DNA of 64,000 bases from a virus. The position numbers and the translations under genes were made by a program. Within the stretch, counting starts at the first letter, position 1, and every line of letters begins with the position of its first letter. This document shows positions 1-9,461 of the stretch, one piece after another. The notes under the pieces are model-generated. The model was not told the DNA's origin, searched no databases, and worked only from the letters and a program-made list of their open reading frames with translations. The stretch lies in the IMG/VR virus record IMGVR_UViG_3300017780_004980, positions 33,767 to 97,766 of that record. The stretch is one strand, 5' to 3'.

Positions 1-56
1 GATCATCCCGACGATCTCTCCTGTCGTGGAGTTGTATATCACGCTGGTCCCGGCGG

Positions 57-3000
57 TCATGTGGCCCTCTTAATTTCGCTGATCGACAGAAGACGGTTAG
101 TGATCGTCACCGTGTTTCCGCTCGTGTTGATCAGGTAGACCCGGAACGTATGGCTACCAGCAGACAGGCCGGTCACCAACCACTTGAACACTTTCGGCAT
201 TTTGACGACCCCGCTACCCGGGGCCCGGACAACAATACTGTCGTACACCGAGCCTACAGGGTTTCCCCCAGACGCCGTTATCGTGTTGTCGATGGTCAGG
301 TAGTAGCCGAAATTGTCGTTACCGATGATTTCGTCGAGGATGTACGCCTCGACCTCCAGCAGGTCTCCCGTGCATACCACCACCAAGCTCATGAGCAGGT
401 TTGCGAACGCCCCGGAATTCACCTGGGTGATCGTGCTGGTGTTGTACGAGGCGCCGACGGAGTGGATCGCCTTGGTGGCCACCTGCTCGGTTTGCAACAG
501 GCTGGTCGTGGCGTTGATCGAGCCGGAGAAGGCCGAGACATTCCCCGATGTGTCGACAGCCTTGAACCAGTAGTACCGCTGCACGGCATTTCCCAAGCCA
601 CCCCGGGCGTAAGCTCCGGGCGCCGATGCCGCTCCCTGCACCGTGGCGATCTTGGTGGCCGAACCACTGGAGTTTGACGTGTGCTCCCAGATTTCGATCT
701 GGGCGACATCCGCGTCCGCCGGACAGGTCCAGGTCAGCATGATCTGGCCGATCATCCCGGTCGCCGCACCGGCCGTAGGGGCGGACGGAGCCGTGGTATC
801 CTTCGCTGACGTGTGGCTGCCTGTCGCCGATGACCAGGCGGATTTGTTGCCAAGGCTATCGTAGGCCCGGATGCGGGCGGTGAAACCGACGTTACCCTTG
901 ACAAGCCACTCGGCCCTGTTGGTCGAGGTCGTCAGCTGGGTGATCGTGCTGCCGCCTTCGGTCAGCTCGACATTGTAGCCGGCGAGGTCACTTTCGACGT
1001 TGGCCGTCCAGGCGGCCACCAGGACCACCCGCTGCTTTCCATCGGTATCCAGGGTGACGGAGGAGGACAGCGCCAGGCCGGAAGGAACCGCCGGCGGCGT
1101 GGTGTCAATGTCCGAGGTCGAAACGGTCGTGGTCGTGGCGCTGACCACCGTCGTGAAGGCGCTGGCGTTACCGGAGAAGTCCACCGCCTTGAACCAGTAG
1201 TAGTACAGGGTCGAGTTGGCCCGGCCGGTGCGGCTGTAGGTCTGGCCGGCGGCCGAGGTCGCCTGCACCGAAGCGATCTTCGTGGCCGTGCCCGAGTCGT
1301 TGGCCGTGTTCTCGTAAATGTCGACGTGGTCAAGGTCCGCCGCCGTGGGGTTGACCCACGACAGGCTGACAGCCTGGAAGCCGGCGGCTGCGGCTGGCGA
1401 CGTCGGGGCGCTGGGGGCCGTAGTGTCCGCCGTGGAGGTCTGGGTCACCGGGGTCGTGTACGCCGAGCGGTTGCCCAGCTTGTCCACGGCCAGCACCTTC
1501 ACCGCATAGGAGACATTGCCCTTGACCGGGAAGATATCGCTCACGGCGGTGCCAATGGCCCGCACGACGTACGCTCCGCCGTTCTCGGAGACGGCGATCT
1601 CATAGTGGTCCAGGTCGCTGTCGGCGACGCCCGTGAAGCTGGCGGTCATCTTGACCACCTGGGTACCGTCAGTGTCCAGCGTCAGCGCCGAGGACAGACC
1701 CAGCCCGGTCGGTACCGCCGGCGCCGTCGTGTCCAGGTCTCCGCCGACCACCCCGACCGTCGTGCCGCTGGCCACGGACGTGAACGCCGAGGCGTTGCCG
1801 GACGTATCTACGGCCTTCAGCCAGTAGTAGCGGAGCTGCCCCGTGGCGAGACCCGAACGGGTCCAGCTGCCGCCCGCCAAGGGCTTGGCGGTGATCGTGG
1901 CCACCAGGGACGCCGAACCACTGGAGTTGGACGTGTGTTCGTAGACCTCCACGAAGGCCAGGTCGGTCGCCGCCGGGTTGACCCAGGCGAGGGCCAGGTT
2001 CTGCAAGCTGGCGGTGACGGCAAAGCTGCTGGGCGCGGACGGCGCCGTCGTGTCCTTCGCCGAGGTATGCGTGCCGGTCGCCGAGCTCCAGGCGCTCTTG
2101 TTGTTGAACGTATCATACGAGCGAACACGGGCCGTGAAGCCGACGTTCCCCTTGACCTGCCATTCGTAGCGGTTGGTGGCTGCGTTGAAGATCGTGACGT
2201 CCGAGCCTTCGGTCAGCTCGATCTCGTAGCCCTTCAGGTCCGTCTCGACGTTCGCGGTCCAGGTCGCGGACAGCTTCACGCGCTGGGTGCCGTCAGTGTC
2301 GACGGTCAGCACCGAAGACAGGGCCAGGTCGGCGGGGACGCCAGGCGGGGTGGTGTCTACCTCGTTCGTCTGGATCACCAGCGGGGTCGCGGTCACCGAC
2401 GCCGAGAAGGCCGACTTGTTGCCGCTCTTGTCCACCGACTTGAAGAAGAAGTACCGGGCGACGCCGTTGGTCAGGTTCCCCCGCACGAACGACATATTGG
2501 CCGAGGGCGCCCCGCCGACGGTCGTGACCAGAGTGGCGCCTACCGACGTGTTGGTGCTGTTCTCGTAGACCTCGACGACATGGAAGTCGGCAGCTACCGG
2601 ATTGGTCCAGGTCAGGGTCACCTGCGAGAAGCCGGCCGTAGCCGACAACGAGGTGGGGGTAGACGGAGCCGTCGTGTCAGCCGCCGTGGTGTGGGTCACC
2701 GCCGTGCAGAGCGCCGAGCGGTTGTTGACCCGGTCGAAGGCCCGGAGCTGGATGTAGTAGAGCTTGCCCGGCTTGGCCAGGAACTCGTCGTGGTTCGTCG
2801 ACGTGATGTTGACGTGACCCAGGCCCGTGCTGTCGCCGTGCTCGAAGTAAATGACGTCGTAGCCGGCCAGGTCCGCGTCGACGTTGGCGGTCCAGTCCAC
2901 GACCATCTTGACCACCAGGGCGCCGTCGACGTTGCTGGCGATGGACGACGTGACCGTGGGCGTCGCCGGGACCGCCGGCGGCGTGGTCTCCATGTCCGCG

Positions 3001-6000
3001 ACGGCGACGGACGGCGTGGTCAGCGTCTCCTCGTCCGTGGGATCGCCGTAGCCGAATTCGTCGTAGTGCCGGAACCGGTAGTAATAGGTCGTGCCCGGGT
3101 CCAGCGCGAGCGTGACGTTCTCGCGGCCGATGGCCCACTGATGGCTGAGGTCCGTCAGGACGCCAGGCGAGGTGCCGGCGTAAACAATCACCCCCCGGTA
3201 GTCGGGGTCCACGATCTCGTCGAAAGTGAACGTCACCCCGTAGGCCGTAACGTCCACCTCCGAAGGCTCGTAGGCCGGCGGCGGCGGGTTGGCGATGGTG
3301 ACCGTGGTCTCGGTGCTGGCGACGTCGTTCTTGTCGATCAGCGCCACGCTGATCTTGTACTCCCGCACGCCGGCGCTGACGAGAAGCAGGTCGTCAATCG
3401 GGATGGTCAGGCGGGGCGTGTGCGTGGTGTAGGTCTTCAAGATCGACAGGGTGTCGGTGTCGCGCAAGCGGACCCGGAACTCCTTGAAATACGGGTCCAC
3501 CCCGTCGGTCGGCAGCGTCCCGTCCGGCGCGTAGATGGGCTTGGCCAACCATTGCAGGAAGACGTTCCGGCCCGACCACTCAAGGCCCCCGCCCTGGATT
3601 TCGACGTCGGTGATCAGCGTCTTGCCCGAGGCGGTACCGGCCGTCAGGTCGATGCGGCGCAGCTTGGGCCGCGACTTGTAGCCCTTCAAGCTGACAGCCC
3701 GGACCCAGACGGTGACGTACTCCATCTTCGGGTTCGGCAGCGTCACCTCGGTCATCTTCTGCATGGGCAGGACGATGATGTTGTCCTCCCCGTACTGGAC
3801 CGAGACGATGTACCCGTCGAGGTAGGGGTCGGGGCTGGCCTCCCAGTCCACGTAGAGGAAGCCCTGCGAGGTCGTGCCTTGGGTTCGCGCGGTGTAATAG
3901 CGGAGCGACATGGTCGCCACCGGCTCCACCACCTCGGTGCCAGGCAGATCGGAGAACGCCCGGGTGACTTCCGGGATTTTGTTCTCGATCAGGGCGAACT
4001 TCTCAGGCGCGTGCTGGGTCCCCAGGACCTTGTACTGACCCTTCTCCTCGTCGTCCGCGATGGACATGATCCGGAAGCTGCGGGGCTCCAGGACGTCCGA
4101 CGAGACGCCGAACATGGCATTGACGATGGGCATGTCGTCGCCGTCGAGCGGGGTCACCAGGGTGGCCGTGATGTAGTCCCCGGTTCCCGGGTTGACCAGT
4201 TCGCGCTCGACCATCTGGTTGCCGGCGGTGATCGTGGTCAGGTAGTAGGTCCGCGCACCGTCGAAGGACAGCGGCCGGTCGAACTTCACCTCGCTCGTGG
4301 AGACCTCACGCAGACGGCCGGCCCATTCCGCCTGGGTCATCATCGGGTCGTAGATATCGACGATGCTGCCCGGCAGGATATCGGCCTCGCCCATGCCGAT
4401 GCGGAACTGGACGGTGTCGGTCTCCAGGTATTCAGTGTGCAGGGCGAAGCGGGCCAGCCGCAGGGCCTGGGCCTTGCTCGTGCAGCCGTACGCCGTGATC
4501 GACAGGACGTTGTAGCCGTACCGGAGGATGCCCTCCTTATGCTCCACCAGGAGGTCGTCGGCGATGTAGCCCAGGTCCGGGTTGGTCCAGGTCACCGTAC
4601 AGGCGGTGTGCCGGGCCCGCAGGGCCGTGCCGCTGTAGTTGAAGACCCCCTCGATGACGTTGGCCGGGGAGAACACCTTGGTGGCCGGCTTAGGGGCGTC
4701 CTGGATGAAGGTCATCTGGCCGGCGGCCCAGACGGCGCTCGTCCGCATCATCCCGCAGATCGCGGTGATGGCGTTGTAGGCCGACATACGCTGGTTGACG
4801 ACCGTGTTGAACGTGAACATCGGCTCGACGCCGGCGAACTCGATGTCGTCCGACCCCATCGTGGTGATGGCGTGGCAGCAGCGGAAGAACTTGTCGGCGT
4901 AGGTCCCGCCATAGACCGCGAAGGTAGCGCCCAGGACGTCGCCGGCGGCGTCCATGTCCGTGGCTCGGGTCATAGCCAGGTCTTGGCCGTTGTAGACCCA
5001 GATGCCGTTCTCGGCTTTGTCCGTCTGCCCGATCAGACCAACCCGGACCCCCGCGTCCATCTTCCAGCCGTCGATGTATTCCGGGGCGTCGTTGACGTCG
5101 ATGTTGACGTCGCTGACCAGGGTCACCCGCTCCTTGCGGACCTCGACCACGTCGGGATCGAAGCCTACCCCCGTGCCGTCGGACACCAGCCGGTCGTTGT
5201 ACCGGCCGATGTTGTACAGGTCCCATTTGCTCACCCGCGCGTCCGGCAGCACCTCGCCGATGCCGAAGCGGGTGTTGGTCAGCAGGTCCCACAGCACCCA
5301 GGCCGGATTGTTGCAGTAGGCCAGCTTGAACGTGCCGTCCCAGATACCCTCGTAGGTGCGCTCGATGGGATCGTAGTTCGACGGGACGTTGATGATCCGC
5401 CCGTAAATCTCGTAGCCCCGGCTGGGGAACGAGTTGCCGAAGAACTCGGCGTCGAACTGGCAGCCGAACAGGGCCGTGTCCGGGTAGATGTAGCGATGGT
5501 CGACGATCTCGGTGTACGAGGTCCAGAAGAACCGCGACTGCACATTGGCGCTGTCGTCGTCCGGCGAGACCCGACGCACCCGCACGTCCCAGGGGCCGGT
5601 CCCGTCGAGCGGGATGCGGTACTGCTGCTGGAACTGGGACGTGGTCTTGCCCCGGATCGGCTCCGCCACCTTCTGCACCCAGGCCGAGCCCGGATTGTTG
5701 GCGTTCGACCGGACCTCAATCGAAATCTCGACCTTGTATCCGGTCAACTCACCGGTGTCGGCCACGGCCTGGGTCAGGCCGGACAAGGTCAGCAGGACCC
5801 GCACGGCGTTGGCGTTGTCGTTGTTGATCCGGCGGACAAGGGCGCCCGAGTAACTGTCACCCAGGTGCTGGACCTCGACCCCTACACCGAAGGGCGTGGT
5901 CGTGGCCTCGAAGCCCTCGATCACATCCTGATCAGGCAGGCCGAGGCGCCATTTGATAGTCGCCCCACCGAAGTTGTAGGTCCGGTCCGCGTTCTGGAAC

Positions 6001-6215
6001 GGCGTGTCATTCAGGTAGACCGACCGAAGGCCGTTCACCAGCCCCCTGATCGGACCCTCACTGACGACGTCCAGCACCTTGGCGATGGACTTCGACTGGA
6101 GGGTGTTCGGGTACTCGTACGGCTCCTGGCCGCCGTTGCCCCCGGACTTACCCCCGGAGCCCATACGCTCGCCCTGCGCCAGCAGGGGATCGCGCACTTT
6201 GATCAGGGCCGCCAT
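57..6215 (-). CDS. Tail tip / host-specificity protein J (lambda gpJ-like) with C-terminal fibronectin type III repeats
   Basis: 2052 aa. N-terminal gpJ motifs (DVVSEGPIRGLV, YPDTAL, WDGTFKLAYCNNPAWVLWDLLTN, GCTSKAQALR). Four tandem ~210-aa units starting D/ETT(P/A)P(A/G)VP with YYWFKAVDxSGN FN3 signatures. Last gene of the M-L-K-I-J block. Confidence 0.93.
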   Translation of the reverse strand: MAALIKVRDPLLAQGERMGSGGKSGGNGGQEPYEYPNTLQSKSIAKVLDVVSEGPIRGLVNGLRSVYLNDTPFQNADRTYNFGGATIKWRLGLPDQDVIEGFEATTTPFGVGVEVQHLGDSYSGALVRRINNDNANAVRVLLTLSGLTQAVADTGELTGYKVEISIEVRSNANNPGSAWVQKVAEPIRGKTTSQFQQQYRIPLDGTGPWDVRVRRVSPDDDSANVQSRFFWTSYTEIVDHRYIYPDTALFGCQFDAEFFGNSFPSRGYEIYGRIINVPSNYDPIERTYEGIWDGTFKLAYCNNPAWVLWDLLTNTRFGIGEVLPDARVSKWDLYNIGRYNDRLVSDGTGVGFDPDVVEVRKERVTLVSDVNIDVNDAPEYIDGWKMDAGVRVGLIGQTDKAENGIWVYNGQDLAMTRATDMDAAGDVLGATFAVYGGTYADKFFRCCHAITTMGSDDIEFAGVEPMFTFNTVVNQRMSAYNAITAICGMMRTSAVWAAGQMTFIQDAPKPATKVFSPANVIEGVFNYSGTALRARHTACTVTWTNPDLGYIADDLLVEHKEGILRYGYNVLSITAYGCTSKAQALRLARFALHTEYLETDTVQFRIGMGEADILPGSIVDIYDPMMTQAEWAGRLREVSTSEVKFDRPLSFDGARTYYLTTITAGNQMVERELVNPGTGDYITATLVTPLDGDDMPIVNAMFGVSSDVLEPRSFRIMSIADDEEKGQYKVLGTQHAPEKFALIENKIPEVTRAFSDLPGTEVVEPVATMSLRYYTARTQGTTSQGFLYVDWEASPDPYLDGYIVSVQYGEDNIIVLPMQKMTEVTLPNPKMEYVTVWVRAVSLKGYKSRPKLRRIDLTAGTASGKTLITDVEIQGGGLEWSGRNVFLQWLAKPIYAPDGTLPTDGVDPYFKEFRVRLRDTDTLSILKTYTTHTPRLTIPIDDLLLVSAGVREYKISVALIDKNDVASTETTVTIANPPPPAYEPSEVDVTAYGVTFTFDEIVDPDYRGVIVYAGTSPGVLTDLSHQWAIGRENVTLALDPGTTYYYRFRHYDEFGYGDPTDEETLTTPSVAVADMETTPPAVPATPTVTSSIASNVDGALVVKMVVDWTANVDADLAGYDVIYFEHGDSTGLGHVNITSTNHDEFLAKPGKLYYIQLRAFDRVNNRSALCTAVTHTTAADTTAPSTPTSLSATAGFSQVTLTWTNPVAADFHVVEVYENSTNTSVGATLVTTVGGAPSANMSFVRGNLTNGVARYFFFKSVDKSGNKSAFSASVTATPLVIQTNEVDTTPPGVPADLALSSVLTVDTDGTQRVKLSATWTANVETDLKGYEIELTEGSDVTIFNAATNRYEWQVKGNVGFTARVRSYDTFNNKSAWSSATGTHTSAKDTTAPSAPSSFAVTASLQNLALAWVNPAATDLAFVEVYEHTSNSSGSASLVATITAKPLAGGSWTRSGLATGQLRYYWLKAVDTSGNASAFTSVASGTTVGVVGGDLDTTAPAVPTGLGLSSALTLDTDGTQVVKMTASFTGVADSDLDHYEIAVSENGGAYVVRAIGTAVSDIFPVKGNVSYAVKVLAVDKLGNRSAYTTPVTQTSTADTTAPSAPTSPAAAAGFQAVSLSWVNPTAADLDHVDIYENTANDSGTATKIASVQATSAAGQTYSRTGRANSTLYYYWFKAVDFSGNASAFTTVVSATTTTVSTSDIDTTPPAVPSGLALSSSVTLDTDGKQRVVLVAAWTANVESDLAGYNVELTEGGSTITQLTTSTNRAEWLVKGNVGFTARIRAYDSLGNKSAWSSATGSHTSAKDTTAPSAPTAGAATGMIGQIMLTWTCPADADVAQIEIWEHTSNSSGSATKIATVQGAASAPGAYARGGLGNAVQRYYWFKAVDTSGNVSAFSGSINATTSLLQTEQVATKAIHSVGASYNTSTITQVNSGAFANLLMSLVVVCTGDLLEVEAYILDEIIGNDNFGYYLTIDNTITASGGNPVGSVYDSIVVRAPGSGVVKMPKVFKWLVTGLSAGSHTFRVYLINTSGNTVTITNRLLSISEIKRAT

Positions 6216-7111
6216 CAGATGAACACCGGGTCTTCGATGGTGTCGTCGTCGTCCTCGCCGCCGACGATGGTATCCCAGCCGGGCATCACCGTGCCCGGGT
6301 CGACACCACCATTGTCAATACCACCTCCGTTGCCACCCCCGCCACCACCAGGCCCAATCGGGACTTCGCTGTAGCCGTCGTAGGTGCCTTCCGGAACGAT
6401 CTGGATTTTATCGGCCTGGAGGTCGGAAGCAGCCACCACCGAGCCCGCCCGGTGCTTGCCGTAGACGATAGGCACGATGTTGCCTTGCTCGGTCACATTG
6501 GCCACCCCATCGAACAGGAAGGAGTTCGTGTCCTTCGCTTGCGAGGAGGTCGAACCGGCCGGCGACGGGGCGGCGAGCATGGCAATCCCGGACAACGCGA
6601 TGGCCGCGCCGAACATGGCGATCTGACCGTAGCTGATGCCCATGAAGGCAGGGGCGGACATGGCCGCGCCGGCGGCGGCGAAGTCCCCGGAAAGGAACGG
6701 CGAGGTGGCGCCGGCGGAATAGACCGTGACGACAATCAGCACGATGCCGATGATCACCTTGGCGACGCCCTTGCTGTCCTGCTTCCTCTCGGCGCTTTGT
6801 TGCTGCCGCGAGATGGACCGACGGTTCTGCTGCCACGCATTGCTCGGCTGGTTTACGGCGTCACCGACGGGGACCGGAGTGAAGATGATCTCGCCGTCGG
6901 TCAGCCCCAGGAACAGGGTGTCGTAGTCGAGCTCGTATTCGTGGCCGCGCCGGACCTGGGTGATGCGCCAGGAACCCTCTGCGATGGCGGTCTCGAAGCC
7001 CTCCAGCTGACAGGCGAGGGCTTTCACGGCTTCGACGGCGGACCTGACGTCCATGAGGTAGGGGCCGCCAAATCGCTCACCGAGCGACCCCTTCAGGATC
7101 ACCTTGTTCAT
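6215..7111 (-). CDS. Tail assembly protein I (lambda gpI-like)
   Basis: N-terminal ubiquitin-like VILKGSLGERFG...SAVEAVKAL, hydrophobic middle, SFLFDGVANVTEQGNIVPIVYG; lies between K and J. Confidence 0.88.
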   Translation of the reverse strand: MNKVILKGSLGERFGGPYLMDVRSAVEAVKALACQLEGFETAIAEGSWRITQVRRGHEYELDYDTLFLGLTDGEIIFTPVPVGDAVNQPSNAWQQNRRSISRQQQSAERKQDSKGVAKVIIGIVLIVVTVYSAGATSPFLSGDFAAAGAAMSAPAFMGISYGQIAMFGAAIALSGIAMLAAPSPAGSTSSQAKDTNSFLFDGVANVTEQGNIVPIVYGKHRAGSVVAASDLQADKIQIVPEGTYDGYSEVPIGPGGGGGGNGGGIDNGGVDPGTVMPGWDTIVGGEDDDDTIEDPVFI

Positions 7112-7131
7112 TGCCCCCGATCCCTTGCCGC

Positions 7132-7851
7132 TTAGGCTTCGATCATACTCTCATGCCGCAACCACCTGGCCGCCCGGTTCGCCCACACTTCGGCGGCGGT
7201 GACCGTGCTCAACTGGCCCGGCATGTGGTGATAGACGCGCCCATCACCATTGTAGACCAATGCGTGTTGTTCGGTCTTGAAGTCCAGCTTGAACGTGAAA
7301 ATGTCCCCGGCTTTCGCCTCCGAGAGGGACAGGCCTTTCATCTCGACAAAGCCGTATTGCCTGAAGTGATCGACGTACAGGTTCTCGCCTTTCTCCCACC
7401 AGCGATCCTGCCGCACGAAGTCCGGGAACAGGCGGTTCTGCTTCTGCCACCACCAGGATCGGAGGAGCGCGAAACAGTCGAAGATGCCATGGCAAAACGG
7501 GCGACCTTCCAGCTCCCAGTCCAGGAGATGGTCTCCGAGTTCCAGGTGGACCCACCCGGTCATCGGGTGGTGGGCTGCGATCACATACGGGATGCCGACG
7601 TCGATCTGAGCCCGCATGTCGCCGCAACTGGGATGTATCGGCCCATCCGGGTGGCTGTGGACGATGGCTTCCAGCAGCGGGTCTTCGAGGTACCGGTCCA
7701 TGTCAGCGTTCGACATGGCGAAGTGTTTCTCGGGGTCCAGGTCGACGTTCTTGAGCCGGACGTACTTGTCGTTGTGGATGATCCCGAGGCACTCCTCCGG
7801 GAACACCTCTTCCGCGTGGCGGACAATCTCCGCCCGGTGTTTCTCAAACAT
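7132..7851 (-). CDS. Tail assembly protein K (JAB/MPN + NlpC/P60 domains)
   Basis: PEECLG, IVHSHPDG..PS..D (JAB) and GIFDCFALLR...HALVY...HH (NlpC/P60). Confidence 0.92.
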   Translation of the reverse strand: MFEKHRAEIVRHAEEVFPEECLGIIHNDKYVRLKNVDLDPEKHFAMSNADMDRYLEDPLLEAIVHSHPDGPIHPSCGDMRAQIDVGIPYVIAAHHPMTGWVHLELGDHLLDWELEGRPFCHGIFDCFALLRSWWWQKQNRLFPDFVRQDRWWEKGENLYVDHFRQYGFVEMKGLSLSEAKAGDIFTFKLDFKTEQHALVYNGDGRVYHHMPGQLSTVTAAEVWANRAARWLRHESMIEA

Positions 7852-8579
7852 CAGCCCGCTCTTGTTCTGGACATCCCAGGAAAGCCCCCGAAGGGCTTGT
7901 TCACGCTGACAGGGTAGCGCAGGGAGCAGCCGGCGTCATCATTGGAACAGACGTCCTGCTCCGGGTCCACGGTGGGCTCCCCGTCGACCGTGAACATAGC
8001 GTCTCCCGCGTAGGGGCAGGGTCTGACCGTCGAGACATCGAAGGAGGCCGCGTCCGCGTTGTAGCGCCGGTAGCGCAGCAGGCAGATATCCTTGAAGCAG
8101 GGCCGACCAACCAGGCGGTCCCCGGTGTCGGCCAACACCCGCAGCGCAAACTCGCCGTACAGGTTGTTCAGGTTCAACTTCTGCTCGATGACGAACAGGT
8201 CGTAGTGGATCATGGCGTTGCCGTCAGCCATCGGCTTACCGTCGAGGAACTGCTCGAAAGTGACGATCCGGGTCAGCTCGGCCCCGACCATGTCCCCGTA
8301 GGCGACGACCAACCCGGCCGCGAACTTGTTGTAGTTCGGGACCACCACCTTCGGCTGGGGCGTCTCTCCCGTGGCCGTACGCTCGATGCCGGTGATGTTG
8401 ATGGCGGCCTGCGAATACACCTGGCCGGCGAAGGAGATGGGGCTGCCGTCAGGCTCCGACGAGATCGTGAAATAGTAGACGTCCGTGGCGCCGATGGGGG
8501 TCAGGTCCAGTTTGTAGAGCTCCACCCGGGCGCCTGGTGTCAGGCTCTGCTGGGCGGCGAAAAGCTCGGGGGTGCTCAT
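7851..8579 (-). CDS. Minor tail protein L (lambda gpL-like)
   Basis: VELYKLDLT, C-terminal Cys cluster (C..C..CPY...DVCS....C..R) and PFGGFPG. Confidence 0.92.
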   Translation of the reverse strand: MSTPELFAAQQSLTPGARVELYKLDLTPIGATDVYYFTISSEPDGSPISFAGQVYSQAAINITGIERTATGETPQPKVVVPNYNKFAAGLVVAYGDMVGAELTRIVTFEQFLDGKPMADGNAMIHYDLFVIEQKLNLNNLYGEFALRVLADTGDRLVGRPCFKDICLLRYRRYNADAASFDVSTVRPCPYAGDAMFTVDGEPTVDPEQDVCSNDDAGCSLRYPVSVNKPFGGFPGMSRTRAG

Positions 8580-9460
8580 CCTTCGACAACCTGCTCAAAC
8601 GTGGCTTCGATGGTGTAGTTGCTGGCCGAGACCCGCCGACGGGTGTACCGGGGGGCCAACCACTTCTTCCGGTCCGTCACCACCGCCCCAACCTCCGAGG
8701 TGCCATTGGTCACGCCGGTACCGCTGACGGCCGCCGAGCCCAAGGTCCCCGCCGCCAGGTCGACGTTTATGTAAGCGGAGTCCGAGACGGTCGTGCCGTA
8801 GACCATGGCGCGGACCTCCGTGCGCTCATCGAACTTCACCAGCCAGACCGCCTCGTAGTCGATGTCGGAAGCCGCCTTGGCGATACCAGGCAAGGTGACC
8901 AGGTGGCTGCTGGTGACCCCGTTTTCGGTGACGACGTACCCGCCGAATTCTTCCTCGTGGTTGTAGACGGTGGCGTCGTAGACCGTCGTGACGTTGGTGT
9001 CAGTCCAGGTCGTAACGTCCTGCTCGGTGATCGACAGCAGCTCGGTGTCAGAGCCTACCACCTTCAGCGATACCGATCCGATGGTGAAGGCGTCCATGCT
9101 GTTGCCGGCAAAGGAGATCGCGCCCCCGGACAGCGCGTACAGCCGCAGGGCCAGGGTGGTGTGTGCGGAACTCACCGTGAACCGGTGGGTGATCGACACC
9201 CAGTCCGGCGACAGGTTGAACGGCAAGGCGTACCAGAAGCTCTCCACCGCCTTGCGAGCCCGCAGGAACCGCCAGATTTCGGCGGCTTCTTCCCGGGTGA
9301 GGTTCTCCCAGCGGAGCATAACCCTGGCGAGATCGTGGTTGATCCCATCCTGGGACCGGCCGACGTAGCCGTCCCCGAACGTCTGACGCAGGACCCGGGG
9401 CTCCCGGCTGTCATCGAGGTCGAAGCTGGGCCCGACCGGGGGTTCGAAAGTCAAGGTCAT
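8576..9460 (-). CDS. Distal tail protein (lambda gpM-like) with ~180-aa internal insertion
   Basis: FGDGYVGRSQDGIN, FLRARKAVESFWY and terminal IEATFEQV gpM motifs separated by a beta-rich insert. Confidence 0.8.
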   Translation of the reverse strand: MTLTFEPPVGPSFDLDDSREPRVLRQTFGDGYVGRSQDGINHDLARVMLRWENLTREEAAEIWRFLRARKAVESFWYALPFNLSPDWVSITHRFTVSSAHTTLALRLYALSGGAISFAGNSMDAFTIGSVSLKVVGSDTELLSITEQDVTTWTDTNVTTVYDATVYNHEEEFGGYVVTENGVTSSHLVTLPGIAKAASDIDYEAVWLVKFDERTEVRAMVYGTTVSDSAYINVDLAAGTLGSAAVSGTGVTNGTSEVGAVVTDRKKWLAPRYTRRRVSASNYTIEATFEQVVEG

Positions 9461-9461
9461 G

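Noticed and set aside
1326-6374. Very long plus-strand ORFs (1326..6374, 14435..16651, 19240..21066, 21604..23730, 31074..33101, 37855..39732 and others)
   Set aside because: Antisense shadows of real minus-strand genes caused by high-GC codon bias; Arg/Gly/Val-rich with no motifs or RBS.
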